DNA of 64,000 nucleotides from Porphyridium purpureum (Eukaryota): NCBI GenBank assembly GCA_008690995.1, contig VRMN01000001.1, forward strand, positions 2,790,001-2,854,000, given 5' to 3'. Of this stretch, positions 43,306 through 54,761 are shown in pieces (the first letter of the stretch is position 1; the number at the start of each line of letters is the position of its first letter). The position numbers were made by a program, and so were the translations under genes. Under the pieces are notes generated by a model. The model did not search any database, was not told the origin of the DNA, and saw only the letters and a program-made list of their open reading frames with translations.

Positions 43306-44241
43306 TCAAATAATACCATCCTGCATAATGCGCCGCCGCTCTGCAGCATCTGCAATGACCGAGCGATCCACAGAACGCGCAGGTGTCGATGCTGACGAAG
43401 GCGTGTCCGGTATGGAAGCATAGCGGGGCCGAATCCAGCGCAGCATGGCCGGATCTTGCCCGCTGTGGCGATCATCTTCTAGCTGAGACGATAGAAGAGG
43501 CATTGTCGCCGCAAGGCCCCACTGGTTGAAATCGTCCGACCGTGTGGCACAAAAGCCTGGAAGGCGTTTTACGATAGTATTCTCTTGGATGCGTAAGCGC
43601 CACGCCAGGCTCGGGAAAAGGCGATCGAACCAGCCGGCACAGTACGCGTACGCAACCAGAATGCCAGCCAGGTGGCACAGCTGCGCAGAGAAAGGAAACA
43701 CAAGTTGAGTAATGAAAAGAACAAGCCACGGGTACCAGCGCGTGCGCATCTGGAATAAGCCGAACACCGAAACTTGCCGTTGCTCAAAACGTTCCAGCTC
43801 TACCACCATGCATGCAAATAAGAAACCCGACAAACCAATTGCGCACGGCGCTGTCCAGTGAACTGCGAGTTGGAGCACAAACGCGACAGCTGCGCGGAGA
43901 AGCGCAGCCAGCAATGGAAACAGTACAAGCATCGTACCGAGCATCACAGAGCCCATATTTCGTTCGAGGAATCCGGCGATCATGACGAGTGCGAGCAGGT
44001 TCAGGGCCAGATGCAGCACGCCCATGTGGAAAAACAGGCTTGTGTACGGCCGAAACAGTTGTGCACGCCATAGAAACGCGCGCGCGTCATCGCAGAAGGC
44101 GGAGGGCGTGAAGAGACCCAGCACGTTCGACAGCACATAAACGAGCACGCATGTGCCGGCCACGATCCCCACGACCAGCATCGCAGTAACTGGCGGCGTG
44201 CGCCCGATGCATCCAGCCTTCCCGCAAGCGAGCCTCGTCAC
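43306..44241 (-). CDS. Rhomboid intramembrane serine protease (RHBDL4/RHBDD1-like) with a C-terminal VIM-like motif; start uncertain
   Basis: Q.FR.YTS.FFH...HL..N, catalytic AIGLSG and HLAGIL, multiple TM helices, and C-terminal RSVIADAAERR. Confidence 0.9.
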   Translation of the reverse strand: MTRLACGKAGCIGRTPPVTAMLVVGIVAGTCVLVYVLSNVLGLFTPSAFCDDARAFLWRAQLFRPYTSLFFHMGVLHLALNLLALVMIAGFLERNMGSVMLGTMLVLFPLLAALLRAAVAFVLQLAVHWTAPCAIGLSGFLFACMVVELERFEQRQVSVFGLFQMRTRWYPWLVLFITQLVFPFSAQLCHLAGILVAYAYCAGWFDRLFPSLAWRLRIQENTIVKRLPGFCATRSDDFNQWGLAATMPLLSSQLEDDRHSGQDPAMLRWIRPRYASIPDTPSSASTPARSVDRSVIADAAERRRIMQDGII

Positions 44242-44279
44242 CGCACAACTGAAGCGTAAGGATTTCTCGGTTTATCGGT

Positions 44280-46313
44280 TCAGCACATGAGCGGATAAGG
44301 GTTTTCGCGCACTACGAGGAACGGATGCGCCTCGGTGTTGAGGACGAAGACCTGACTGAGTGGGTTCATGAAGTCGCGATCCTCGCTGAACAACAAGTAC
44401 AGGTACTTAAACGTCTCGCCCAAGACCCACGTTTCCTGTGCTTCAATTTGGCGGCCGCGGCCACCCGACGGAGGGCTGTTCACGTTGCTCAGTCCCGCGT
44501 AACCTCCCGTCTCGACGCGATAGTGCTTCTCAATAGCAGTGTAAATACGACGCCCTTCCTCTCTAAAGGTTTCGCGCTCGTCCCAGAATACGCGCGACAT
44601 GATGTACAAAGACTCCACGTGCTCGGGCCATGCAAACGAATACGCCAAGTTCAGTCGGAAAGAATGGTCAGACATGGCCACGCTCCACGGTGCCAAGCCG
44701 GTCGCGGTAGAGCTGTACATGGAGCTGCACAGGTGCAATACCTTCTCTGCTGCGACCTTGTGCGCGTTGAGGAACGCTTCTGTACTACCTCTGTCTCGCT
44801 CAAGGCCGTAACCTAACGAAAACATGCCTGGCAAAAAGCACGCCAGGTGATGCCATGTATTCGAGTGACCTGTGGGCCGGTTTCTGCCGCCATTCTTCGT
44901 GGAGTCGTGCGCATTCCTCCGCCGAGATGATGAAAATGCAGCAGCTTCCATTTGCAACTCATCTGCAGATGGTAGCGCTTGCCCGTTTTCACGGTTTGGT
45001 ACGTATCCTGCGGTGTCTGCCACGTACGAGCGGTTCTCGTCCAAAGGAATCAAATGGTCACGAATCATGGTGTTAGCCGCCTGCATGTACATGTCTCTCA
45101 ACAGTGGCTCAGTCATGCCTGTTTGCACCCACAATTTTAGAAGATACTCGTACCAGGAGTCGCCATTGGGTCCGAATAACACCTCGCCGGTCATTGCCCC
45201 CGCGGACACTGCCACGTTGCTTCGATACAAACCATCAACTTCACGATTCTCGCGAGCCACACACAGGAGCCGATTTGCAGCCTGGGCAAACCGTTTCTCC
45301 CCGCTAATCTGAGCCAGATATCGAAACTCCATAAGCATGGCTTCTGCCAAAACCACTTTGTCGCCTCGAACGGATCCCGAGTGCAAGTTCACGAACTGAT
45401 AGGGCCAGCCCGAATGCGATTTCTCCAGTGCGGGCAAGAGACGAAAGCCCATGTCCATGGCCTTCTCAATGAATCGCTTATCCCCGCTCACTGTGTATGC
45501 ACCGAGCAACCCGCCTAACTGCCGGATAACATTCTCAAAAAACTGTACGCTTGCATCCTTATCTAGCACAAGCTCGTCGAGTATAAAGTCTCGCGCTTTC
45601 TCAAACTCGTCGAACATACCAACCAAATACAACGTGTCAATGGCATCGACGATTGTCGCAGCTTGTCCACCAAAGGTCTGATGATCAGAACCTGTCTTTG
45701 CCACAGGATTAAGCAAATCCTTTCCCCACGCTTTCTCAACGTACGCCGTCCACGCAAAGCGGACCATCGCGCGAATCTGCCTCTGATCCTCTGTTTCTGG
45801 CATCATTTGCTTGAACGTTCGCTCACGATCACCACCATTTGCTGTGGGCTGAAGCTCTAACCTGCCAGGGATTGCACGTGTGGACAGAGCAACCTGCTCT
45901 GCCTGGCTTGCCCCATTCCATTGTGTTCCTCTCTCTGCAGCAACTGCAGAATCCGACGCACCACTAATACTCCCCGTACCGACGTCCGCATGTCCTTTGC
46001 CAATTGTAGCTGGGGCCAAGGATTGGGCAGATAGCACCTCGTGCTCCATCACAATCTCCTGCTTAACCGCCCGCTCTTGCAAGGCGCCATCGCCAACGTG
46101 AAGCACCGCGCTAGGGCTCGCAGTCACGCTTGTATGATTGACGCCGTCCCATTTCCAATTCAAAAGCGTCAGAAGAACCGTCAACAGCGCGGCCGCGAGC
46201 GCGGAAACCACCAGCGTGCGCCCGCGATGTCCAATGCGGCTTCCACATGTATACCAAAGTTGCTTTGCGTGCTTCCTCAGATTCCCGAGCCGAATCTCAT
46301 ACGCCGTACCCAT
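44280..46313 (-). CDS. Class I alpha-1,2-mannosidase (GH47), type II membrane protein
   Basis: N-terminal TM helix; AW..Y...AWG.D.L.P, TIVDAIDTL, FENVIRQLGGLL, DSWYEYLLK, HLACF.PG, PEHVES, ETFKYLYLLF and NTEAHP. Confidence 0.96.
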   Translation of the reverse strand: MGTAYEIRLGNLRKHAKQLWYTCGSRIGHRGRTLVVSALAAALLTVLLTLLNWKWDGVNHTSVTASPSAVLHVGDGALQERAVKQEIVMEHEVLSAQSLAPATIGKGHADVGTGSISGASDSAVAAERGTQWNGASQAEQVALSTRAIPGRLELQPTANGGDRERTFKQMMPETEDQRQIRAMVRFAWTAYVEKAWGKDLLNPVAKTGSDHQTFGGQAATIVDAIDTLYLVGMFDEFEKARDFILDELVLDKDASVQFFENVIRQLGGLLGAYTVSGDKRFIEKAMDMGFRLLPALEKSHSGWPYQFVNLHSGSVRGDKVVLAEAMLMEFRYLAQISGEKRFAQAANRLLCVARENREVDGLYRSNVAVSAGAMTGEVLFGPNGDSWYEYLLKLWVQTGMTEPLLRDMYMQAANTMIRDHLIPLDENRSYVADTAGYVPNRENGQALPSADELQMEAAAFSSSRRRNAHDSTKNGGRNRPTGHSNTWHHLACFLPGMFSLGYGLERDRGSTEAFLNAHKVAAEKVLHLCSSMYSSTATGLAPWSVAMSDHSFRLNLAYSFAWPEHVESLYIMSRVFWDERETFREEGRRIYTAIEKHYRVETGGYAGLSNVNSPPSGGRGRQIEAQETWVLGETFKYLYLLFSEDRDFMNPLSQVFVLNTEAHPFLVVRENPYPLMC

Positions 46314-46740
46314 CGCGGCCAGGGCCGCGCTGATCCCTCGACAAGTTAATATCAAGCTTGTTGAGGTCTTCTCCTTCTCTTCCACATTCCTGGTGCGAAG
46401 CTACGACCACACTTTGCCTGCACGTGCCCAATTCCACCCGCAATCACCGCTCTCATTGCCATGCAGCTCCGCTTCCGGCACGCAAGCTGGGACGGACAGG
46501 TGCGAAGCGGTGGCCTTGTCTGCAGGATCCGGATACCTCTTGAGGCCGAGGCAATGGCGCGATGCGAACGCGCAAAGTGGTGCGCCCTCGTGACTCAAGG
46601 CGTTGATCTGTCTGGAGCCGAATGCAACGAAGAGCACGTGTCGGCCCGTTCGAGCGAAAGATTACAACAGGAGATTAGGTACGACGGAGTCAGTGAAGTG
46701 GGGCAGAAGGGAAGCCGGGTAGGCGAATTGCGCTTGGAGA

Positions 46741-49014
46741 ATGTCGACGGCATTTTGTGATCTAAGTGGCGTTGCCGCCGTGCACGCACGCCCTCGCAAG
46801 ATGCTTGCTGTACGATTGTGTGACCGCAAGTGCTCTCGTGCGCTGTGCGTATGCACTCGGATGGGAACAAATGATGTTGGATCCGACCGGGATCCGCGTC
46901 CACAGAGAAGAAAGGCCGCAAAATTAAACCAGCGGACTGGACGCGGAAGCGCCAATGCCACACTGGGAACAGCACCGCCCGGCTGCCTGAAATTCAGGGT
47001 GTATACCGTGAAACTTTCACACGAAGAGTACAGGGACGCACCAAATCGTGTCGACCTTTTCGTGCGCTCACTGGCTCAGGCAATGAGTGTGCCCTTTTCG
47101 CCCCTCGCCTCTTTAATCTACGGGAAGGATAAGACTCTAGTGCGGTCTGTCTTGGACAATGCTATCATGCGTGGCCGGCCTGTGGGCGCGATTCTTAAAG
47201 AGGAAGCCGGTTTGCAGGGCACGACGACTCCCGATGTATGCGTAGAGATCGTCCGCAAGTCCTTTGACTGCAGGAAAAGGAAGTTTCCAGCGAAGTTCGT
47301 GTTTGTTGTCGATGTGCTCCTGGATCCAAAACTGGCGTCGATGGTTCGCGTCCAACAAGGCACTGTTGAGCCACTTGACTCTCCGGCGACAAGCGAGCTG
47401 CAGTCTGCGTCGGCAAGCAGCACCGAAACCAACGGTACGGGCCATCGTCACGACACAGAAAGGCGAGTAGTGGTGGTTGGTGCTGGTCCCGCCGGGCTCT
47501 TTGCGGCATTGGCACTGGCAGAAAGTGGAGCCAAAGTAACGCTTCTGGAGCGAGGCAAGCCGGTTGAGTCCAGGGGTCGCGATATTGGCCGCCTGCAGAA
47601 TCGTAGGATTCTGGACGAAAATTCGAATTTTGCTTTCGGCGAAGGCGGCGCTGGTACGTGGAGTGACGGCAAGCTTACGACGCGTATCGGCAAAAACTCG
47701 TTGATTGTGCGTGCCGTGCTTGAAACCCTGGTACGCTTCGGCGCACCAGACTCGATCCTGGTATCAGGAAAGCCCCACTTAGGAACTGATCGTCTCGTGC
47801 GTCTACTTCGCAATCTGCGAGCCTGCTTGGAAGAACTTGGCGTCGATGTGCGGTTTGAAACACGTGTTGAGAACCTGATTGTGAAGAATGGGGTTTGTAA
47901 GGGAGTGCATGCGAGGACGATGGATCAAAGCACCGAAAGCTTTTATGCGGACAGCGTAATCCTGGCGACTGGGCATTCCGCGCATGCGATTTCGTATGGT
48001 ATGCTCTCCGAGCACGGGGTGCGAATGGAGCAGAAACCAACTGCAATGGGCTTTCGCATTGAGCATCCGCAGAGCTTGGTGAACGAAATGTCGTACGGCG
48101 CAGAGCTTGCGCAGCATGCTTTCTCGCTTGACTCGCAACGCAAAAGCGACCGCTCGCAAGCGCTCGACGCTTCCATTCCAGTTGCAGATTATCGGTTGGC
48201 CGCGCACGACGTGCTGAGCGCACAGGCGCCAGCCGACCTTATTTATTCTTGCTGGTCATTCTGCATGTGTCCTGGAGGCCAAATCGTGTGCGTTTCGACA
48301 AACGAACGTGAGCTTTGCGTGAATGGAATGAGCTTCAGTGCGCGGCAGAGCAAGTGGGCCAATTCAGGTTTTGTTTGCACCGTAGGCCATGCCGAGTACG
48401 CCAGCATGGCGCCTTACGCACAGAGTTCGAGCAGCAGGTCCAATTCGACCGATCCCGGACACGCGCTGGCCTTTCAGAAGCACATCGAACGCCGCGCTGC
48501 AGAAATGGGCGGCGGATCGTTTGTGGCTCCTGCACAGCGAGTTCTGGATTTCATGGAGAGGCGCACGTCCTCCGAGGATTCGTTACCGTCTTGCTCATAC
48601 CGTCTCGGTGTGCGCTCTGCGCCTTTGCACGAGCTGTATCCGGACCCGATGAATCGTGCGTTCATTGCTGCGCTGGAGAGGTTCGAGCGCACAATGCCTG
48701 GGTATTTGAGCCCCGATGCGCTGCTTGTGGGTCCAGAAAGTCGCACGTCGTCGCCCGTGCGGGTGGTGCGCGACTCGCGCACGTGTGAGGCAGTAGGACA
48801 GCTTTCTGGTTTGTATCCGTGTGGCGAGGGTGCTGGCGCTGCCGGAGGCATCATTTCGGCCGCCATTGACGGCATTGTTGTGGCGTCAAGTATTATAAGC
48901 AGCCACTTTACGTCGCCGTCGCCAGCCGCCAAGGATGACCGGGACGCGAGCCTCATCACTCGCGCCATGATGCACCATCAGACCGCGGGCGCGACTTTCG
49001 TGAATGATTATTGA
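46741..49014 (+). CDS. FAD-dependent oxidoreductase (uncharacterised NAD(FAD)-utilising dehydrogenase family)
   Basis: VVVGAGPAGLFAA, FGEGGAGTWSDGKLTTR, KPHLGTD, FRIEHPQ, SFCMCPGG, ESRTSSPVR and GEGAG.AGGI.SAAIDG. Confidence 0.93.
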   Translation: MSTAFCDLSGVAAVHARPRKMLAVRLCDRKCSRALCVCTRMGTNDVGSDRDPRPQRRKAAKLNQRTGRGSANATLGTAPPGCLKFRVYTVKLSHEEYRDAPNRVDLFVRSLAQAMSVPFSPLASLIYGKDKTLVRSVLDNAIMRGRPVGAILKEEAGLQGTTTPDVCVEIVRKSFDCRKRKFPAKFVFVVDVLLDPKLASMVRVQQGTVEPLDSPATSELQSASASSTETNGTGHRHDTERRVVVVGAGPAGLFAALALAESGAKVTLLERGKPVESRGRDIGRLQNRRILDENSNFAFGEGGAGTWSDGKLTTRIGKNSLIVRAVLETLVRFGAPDSILVSGKPHLGTDRLVRLLRNLRACLEELGVDVRFETRVENLIVKNGVCKGVHARTMDQSTESFYADSVILATGHSAHAISYGMLSEHGVRMEQKPTAMGFRIEHPQSLVNEMSYGAELAQHAFSLDSQRKSDRSQALDASIPVADYRLAAHDVLSAQAPADLIYSCWSFCMCPGGQIVCVSTNERELCVNGMSFSARQSKWANSGFVCTVGHAEYASMAPYAQSSSSRSNSTDPGHALAFQKHIERRAAEMGGGSFVAPAQRVLDFMERRTSSEDSLPSCSYRLGVRSAPLHELYPDPMNRAFIAALERFERTMPGYLSPDALLVGPESRTSSPVRVVRDSRTCEAVGQLSGLYPCGEGAGAAGGIISAAIDGIVVASSIISSHFTSPSPAAKDDRDASLITRAMMHHQTAGATFVNDY

Positions 49015-50186
49015 ACAGTAGGCTTGTCAGCCAATCCGCCATCTCGACATTGTGTGCCCCTTTTGTCGGACTTGCCCTGTGCCGTTTCCTACGGGCCTTG
49101 TTGAATATGTATCCGCACGCCAAGGGCTAGCCTGCCGGAGTTGTGTATCCCCACCGGCTTCAAACCTGGCCGCTCCGTTTTGGCCAACAAGGCCCCCATC
49201 TTTCAAGCCAGAAGAATCCGCCTCCAGTGCGGGCAATCTCAAGTGCCTGCTGGGCCGTTGGCACTGGAAGTATTTGCGTGCGCAAAAAGCTCACTGTCTG
49301 CCACGTCGGCTCGCGCAATGGTATGCCAATCAGAAGGGCTTGATTGGCGTGTGCTGCAAATCGCCGGTAGCGGTCCCATGATCCGCGCATGCGTGCGCGA
49401 GGACGACATTCTGTCCACTACCAGCCAGTTCATGACCGAGTCTAACAAATTCTGGCGCGAACGGTTTCAGAAAGCGATGCCCCTGCAAAGATCCACATAC
49501 GCGCCGTATTGCCCAGACTGGCCAGAGCCGCGCTTGTTTCGCACAAGTCACCACCCTACCGTGCTCACCACCACCGCAAGCTGAGTCTCCGAGCGGCCAA
49601 GCACCTGCGCGCTACTGTACACCCCCCACTGTGCCGTTCGCAACGCGTGCACGGAGATTGCACTGCAATGGCGCATTGCGCCGCGCGCGGCGGCTCCGTG
49701 GCTCATCGCCGTTCAGTGCGCGGTACAGTGCGCGTGTGCTCATCCGCCCGCGGTATCGAATTCGAGTTGATGCAGATTCTGCAGAGGAGCGCGAGCCGCT
49801 GCGGCGTGCGTTCTGGACGGCACGCTTTGTGTTCTTGGCCTTTTTTTTTGTGGTGAGTGGGCGGTCGCACGGTGATCATGTGCGCCTCTGCGCAACGGCG
49901 CTTATATTCGTTACTAGTGAGCGGCGGAGTAAGCGGTGAGTTGGTGGGTGGGGGGACATAAGAAGCGACGTCATGCACCGTGACGCGCGATGAAGAGCGG
50001 CGGTCAAGGTATATGACCGGTAGCCTGGGATCACGGAAGGTATTATACAGAGGGTGTATGAACTTCTGCGCCTGAAGCTCGGGGAACAGCTGCTGTGCGG
50101 TGGACGAAGGAGAGACACGACTTGTCTAGGGGTGCGAGTGATTGGGCAGTCGAGGCTTGTGGTTTCCGGCGATTCGTCATCAGTCA

Positions 50187-50683
50187 TGCAGGGAGCTACT
50201 AACCGCCCGTTCTTCACGTCGGCGCCGGCCATGTCCTTTGACCAAATGCAGTGCCAACTGAACGCGTGGGGGTTTGACGAGGAGACAGTCAGAAACACGG
50301 CGCTGAACAAGAGAAATATGATGCTCCCGTTGGTCGGGAAAGATGGCGAGCACATGCTCGACGCGAGCTTGCACAAGGTGGGCTCGGAAACTGAGACATT
50401 GAGTTGTGCATCCTCTTCCTCTCTCAGCAGGAGTGTTCGTTTCAAGTCGACGGTCGAGCGCGTTCGTTATGCACCCCTTCGAATTGCCGACGTGACACAT
50501 AAACCGGCTATGAGCGACACGACGCCGCGTGGTATGGCCGGGTCCACGAATGTGAGTACGATTCACTGGGGCAACAGCAGCAAAAGCACAAGGAGCTGCA
50601 GTAGAAGCCTCGGGGGAAGCAGTCGCACGCGGAGTGGCACACCACACTGGAACTTGCCTCACGACTTTGTGAGTGTTGATTGA
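50187..50683 (+). CDS. Hypothetical Ser-rich protein
   Basis: Open frame with an RSVRF (RVxF-like) segment; no family recognised. Confidence 0.35.
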
Positions 50684-51064
50684 GACTGTAAACAAGTGTA
50701 GAGAGTAGACTAATCGAACATAAACTAATTCACGTTGAAGACACGAAACGAGTACTCGAGCGTCTGCCACCCCGGAGGATGAACCTTGACGCCTCGCTCA
50801 CCTCGACGTGTCAGCGGACGAACTTCCGCGCGCGGCTTTTGTTATCAGAACAGCTCGGGAGCCGCTCCTACGGGATTTCTGCTACATGCAGTTGGTCGCT
50901 CGTAAACTTGATGGCCTCTCCACCAAACTCCGCTTCCCATTCAAGTGAAAAAGGCACGAGGCCAAACTCGCACGTACAGGTTACATTCTAGCTTGCGCCG
51001 TGGCCGTACGTTTGTCTTCGCGCATTTGGCCGTTCTCGAGGGAAATCCGCACAAGCCACCTAAG

Positions 51065-51763
51065 ATGGCGTTGCTCAAGGCGGTTGTCTTGATCGGCGGC
51101 GGAGCCGCCGCGCTCATGTTCGGCAGGTCGTATATCCGTCCGCTGTTGGGGGTGGCCAAGAAGCAGCTTGCCGCGTTGGACGCCGCGGTTGAGAAGCCCC
51201 GGACCACCTCATATGAATGTTCGCCAGAGACTTTGGAGCGATTCCGCGGTGCGACAGCGACCGAGCAGGCTGCTCAGCGCCTCGCGCTCGCTTTCAAGGT
51301 GGCCGAATCAAATAACGGTTTGCTGACCACCGTGAACGCTGAGCTTGGAGCACCGCGCACACGCATGGTGGACTCGCTGGTGCGCCCAGACTCATTTCTG
51401 GTGGGCGGCGTGATCTGGATCAGCACGCGCCCGTCGACACGCAAAGTGCGCGACCTTGCCGCGTCCGATAGGGCGAGCATGACTTACGTGGCGGACAATG
51501 GTGCAGGATACATAGAGATTCAAGGCTCGGCCAAGTACATACCAGACTGCCGCTCCGCTCCACCCGGGACATGGAAGTCGAGTTGGGAGGCCGGCGCGAT
51601 TTACAAATCCACCCAGCCAGAACATTTGGGACTGATTGCGTTCTCCCCGTCTGCTATTGAAGTTGTACTTCCAACGCGCGGCGTTGAGACCGATCGCGAC
51701 GACTGGAAGCCATACACGCTAGTCGCTGATCAAGCAGAGCGGAAGTGGCTGGCTGACTCTTGA
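51065..51763 (+). CDS. Pyridoxamine-5'-phosphate-oxidase-like FMN-binding split-barrel protein (general stress protein 26-like)
   Basis: LTTV...GAPRTRMV, IWISTRPSTRKV.DL and GYIEIQGSA. Hydrophobic N-terminus. Confidence 0.8.
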   Translation: MALLKAVVLIGGGAAALMFGRSYIRPLLGVAKKQLAALDAAVEKPRTTSYECSPETLERFRGATATEQAAQRLALAFKVAESNNGLLTTVNAELGAPRTRMVDSLVRPDSFLVGGVIWISTRPSTRKVRDLAASDRASMTYVADNGAGYIEIQGSAKYIPDCRSAPPGTWKSSWEAGAIYKSTQPEHLGLIAFSPSAIEVVLPTRGVETDRDDWKPYTLVADQAERKWLADS

Positions 51764-51884
51764 GAAATTCAAGTAGAAACATGGAATTGTAGAGCTGTAT
51801 TTTAGAACATAAACAAAGACACACTCACACCCATTCGCACGCACGCGCATGCTTCTAAGTTTTGTTGCGTGACGTCTGCTCGTT

Positions 51885-52820
51885 TCAATCCGTCGATGCC
51901 GGTATTCGGAAAGGCTCCAGCGCAGGCATGCTGCTGAGCAGCTGCTCGTTGTGGCGAATTTTCGTATTGTCCTTATCCAGGTTGTTGACCATGTGACTAT
52001 ACAGCTTTCGCTGCTGTTCAGTGTAGTTCTTGTGGTGACGCGCGAGCTGAGCTTTGACACGCTTGAGATCTGCTAGCGCAGCGAGGATCATGCCGTCTTT
52101 CTTTTCCAAAGCATGGGCCTCATCGAGGTCGTGCTGTGCCTGCTTGGCGAGGTCCTCGGCGTACTCGACGTCCCAGTACTCCTTCGCATCTTCCTTCGCC
52201 ATCTCGCGGCGTGTTTGGCCGATCAGCACAAGACCGCGACGATAGAGCCCCTTCACATTGTCCGGTTCGATGCGCAACGCCTCGCTGCAATCCCAGTGCG
52301 CGTCGTCCCAGTCCTGTGTCTTGATGCGGCAAAGTGCGCGGTTCAGATGCAGCGGTAGCTTGAAAAAGTTGATGTACAGCCGCTGCTCGTTAGACATGGC
52401 CTCCCACTCCTCTTTGCTGCAGAAAATGTTCACAAACGCATTATCGTACTCTTTCCGCGCTTCGGCCCATTTTTTCTCTTTCACGAGCGCGTTGCCCTTC
52501 TCTTTGTACACCATAGCTCGCTCCACTTTTTCTTTTGGCGTCGGAAGCACGTACTGCTTACCAACCTCGCCATCTTCCCCGTAATCATGCACATCTGACT
52601 CCAGGCTCTTGTCCTTGTCGTGGTCCACATTCGACTCGCGCACAGCGTCCCCGTCAGCTGCGCTTGCACCAGATCTATCTGCTGCACTTTGATGTTCCGG
52701 ACATTCTCCGTCAGGCGGTGCGGTCCCGAGTCCTATTTCAGTGTCGCTACCCATCTTGCTTATGCCCTTCCGCTGCCGACTTTCTCCAGTGTGTCTCCGC
52801 TCCGCTCCCATTTGCGGCAT
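51885..52820 (-). CDS. TPR-domain co-chaperone (FKBP/Cyp40-type TPR)
   Basis: YKEKGNALVK..W.EA...Y, LHLNRALCRIK and CSEALRIEPDNVKGLYRRG, which include the carboxylate-clamp residues. Confidence 0.88.
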   Translation of the reverse strand: MPQMGAERRHTGESRQRKGISKMGSDTEIGLGTAPPDGECPEHQSAADRSGASAADGDAVRESNVDHDKDKSLESDVHDYGEDGEVGKQYVLPTPKEKVERAMVYKEKGNALVKEKKWAEARKEYDNAFVNIFCSKEEWEAMSNEQRLYINFFKLPLHLNRALCRIKTQDWDDAHWDCSEALRIEPDNVKGLYRRGLVLIGQTRREMAKEDAKEYWDVEYAEDLAKQAQHDLDEAHALEKKDGMILAALADLKRVKAQLARHHKNYTEQQRKLYSHMVNNLDKDNTKIRHNEQLLSSMPALEPFRIPASTD

Positions 52821-52897
52821 TCGGGTGTTCGAGCTTTCACTTTTTATTGGCACGCCAAGCTTCTAGAAAACACACGTACAGAAGCTCACCAGCTAGT

Positions 52898-53365
52898 TTA
52901 GTTGATGTCGAGACGTTCTAATTCGACTGGACGCGCCCTTCGTATGGCTTCGTCAGGGGTCCGAGGAGACACCCGGCTCTGACTTCGGCTTCGTGATCGC
53001 GACTGCAATCTCTCTTGCAGTTTCGGACTGGCAAGGCTGGCGCCGCAGGGCGGGCTCGACGCGCTGTTGCGCGATGAGGGCGGTGCGCCAAAGAGTTGAA
53101 GCGGCAAGTTGGCGAGCCGGCTGTGCGACGCTCGTTCACAGCTATCGCCGGAGGGGCACCGGTTCTCTGAAACGGCGGGCAAAGACTCTGCGCGGTGGCT
53201 CAAGCCTGCCGCCGACTCGGACGCGCGTGGTCGCGACTTTGCCCTGCGTAGCAGCACATTCTCCCAAGATACTGCCGTCACATCAAATTCAGTCACATCC
53301 ACGCCATGGCATCTCGGGCTTGCCGAGCCGGACATGTCGCTATAATACACATCTGCAAAGTCCAT
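52898..53365 (-). CDS. Hypothetical Ser/Arg-rich protein
   Basis: ATG-initiated 155-aa ORF filling the gap between genes; no motif recognised. Confidence 0.4.
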   Translation of the reverse strand: MDFADVYYSDMSGSASPRCHGVDVTEFDVTAVSWENVLLRRAKSRPRASESAAGLSHRAESLPAVSENRCPSGDSCERASHSRLANLPLQLFGAPPSSRNSASSPPCGASLASPKLQERLQSRSRSRSQSRVSPRTPDEAIRRARPVELERLDIN

Positions 53366-54761
53366 CCCTTTTCCCTTCCTCTTTCCGCTCGTCGTCCTCC
53401 TCGCGCCGTGGTGAGCTTTCTTGCCACTGCCTCAGCCACCACCTGCAGTCGCGACACGCTATATGCGACCCACTCCGCGCACCCGTCGTTCTCGCGCACG
53501 TCGAGACCATTCTTCGCACGCACTTGACCTGGGGCAGCACTCTAACAAGCCGGACGAAACCAGCATTGTCTGTGCCGGCACACCGAGAAGATATCGGAGC
53601 GTTCGATGACGCAAGCGCGCGAGCGATGACTCATCGCGTCGTCGAACGTGCGCATCGATTCCATCCACAACCTTCCAGTACCACCAGCCTTACAAAGTGG
53701 TCACCCCCCAAAATGGAAAATCATCACGAATCCCGATGCACCCGTGGCGTGAGCGTAATCACAAAAAGCGTCCGGAAACGGCAACAAGGGAAAAATCGGT
53801 TCGGCTTAGGGAGTTGACGGAATGGGCTTGGAGTGACCGTGGTCCTTTTGTCAGTGTTTGAGCCGCGCCTCGTGAATCAACGTGGGACGGAATGAGTCAC
53901 CTCAAACCATGTGGCGAGAGTGCGTGCCATGCGATGTGCAGAGGATGTGTAGCATGAGATGCAGTCTTGATTCCTGCGCAGGGTACTTACCGGACGGGTG
54001 GCTGGGCGGATCATGTACAAAGATCTTGCGACAATCGTCATTCAGGTAAGGAGTCCCGACATTCAAGGGCAAGGAGGGAGCGAGGGCTGTAGGTCGGTGG
54101 TGGCGGTAAAAAAATGCGGAACTGGCGCGTGCACAAGCGCGCGGTTCGCTGCGACCTGTGCCTGTGTCCTTCACTACAACAACAGAAATCACGCCGCGAT
54201 CCAGTTAACCAGTCCATCAGCGCCGAAAGCTCGGCTCGCCATGTGATGAAAAAACCGCACCCAGAAGGAGGTTCACCGAGCAGTTCTCGAGACCACGACT
54301 CTGGGCTTTTGCGCGAACGAGCAGCCGCAGCCACCGACCCCGTTTTGGACGAGCGCCAGCAGCCGCACCGCTCTTCTCGTTCCAACTTGAGACCATTGAC
54401 AGGCCCGCGCCACGCATTCGTTTTCGAAGATCGTGCGCTGAGCGGCATACAGCCTGACTGCTGCTTTCCACGCGCCGCGAAAGAGTGCTCTTCTTCCGCG
54501 CGCCCATGTCGGTGTGCCGCGCTTGGACGCAGCTGCGCGCTCGAGCCATGGAACCGAGACTTGTCGGGGTGTACAGCAGCCACAAGAAAACCAAAGTACA
54601 GTTCGCCCGTAGCTGTTCCTATAAAAGCAGGCGGTTTTAGTATGAAAAGTACAGTGCGTGTGGACGATTCGTTGGCAGCGCGGAAGGTCGAGGCGGAGTG
54701 AAGGAGGCGATGCGCGGTGGGATAGAACGGCACAGAAGGTTGAGATAGTGACATCACGAGT

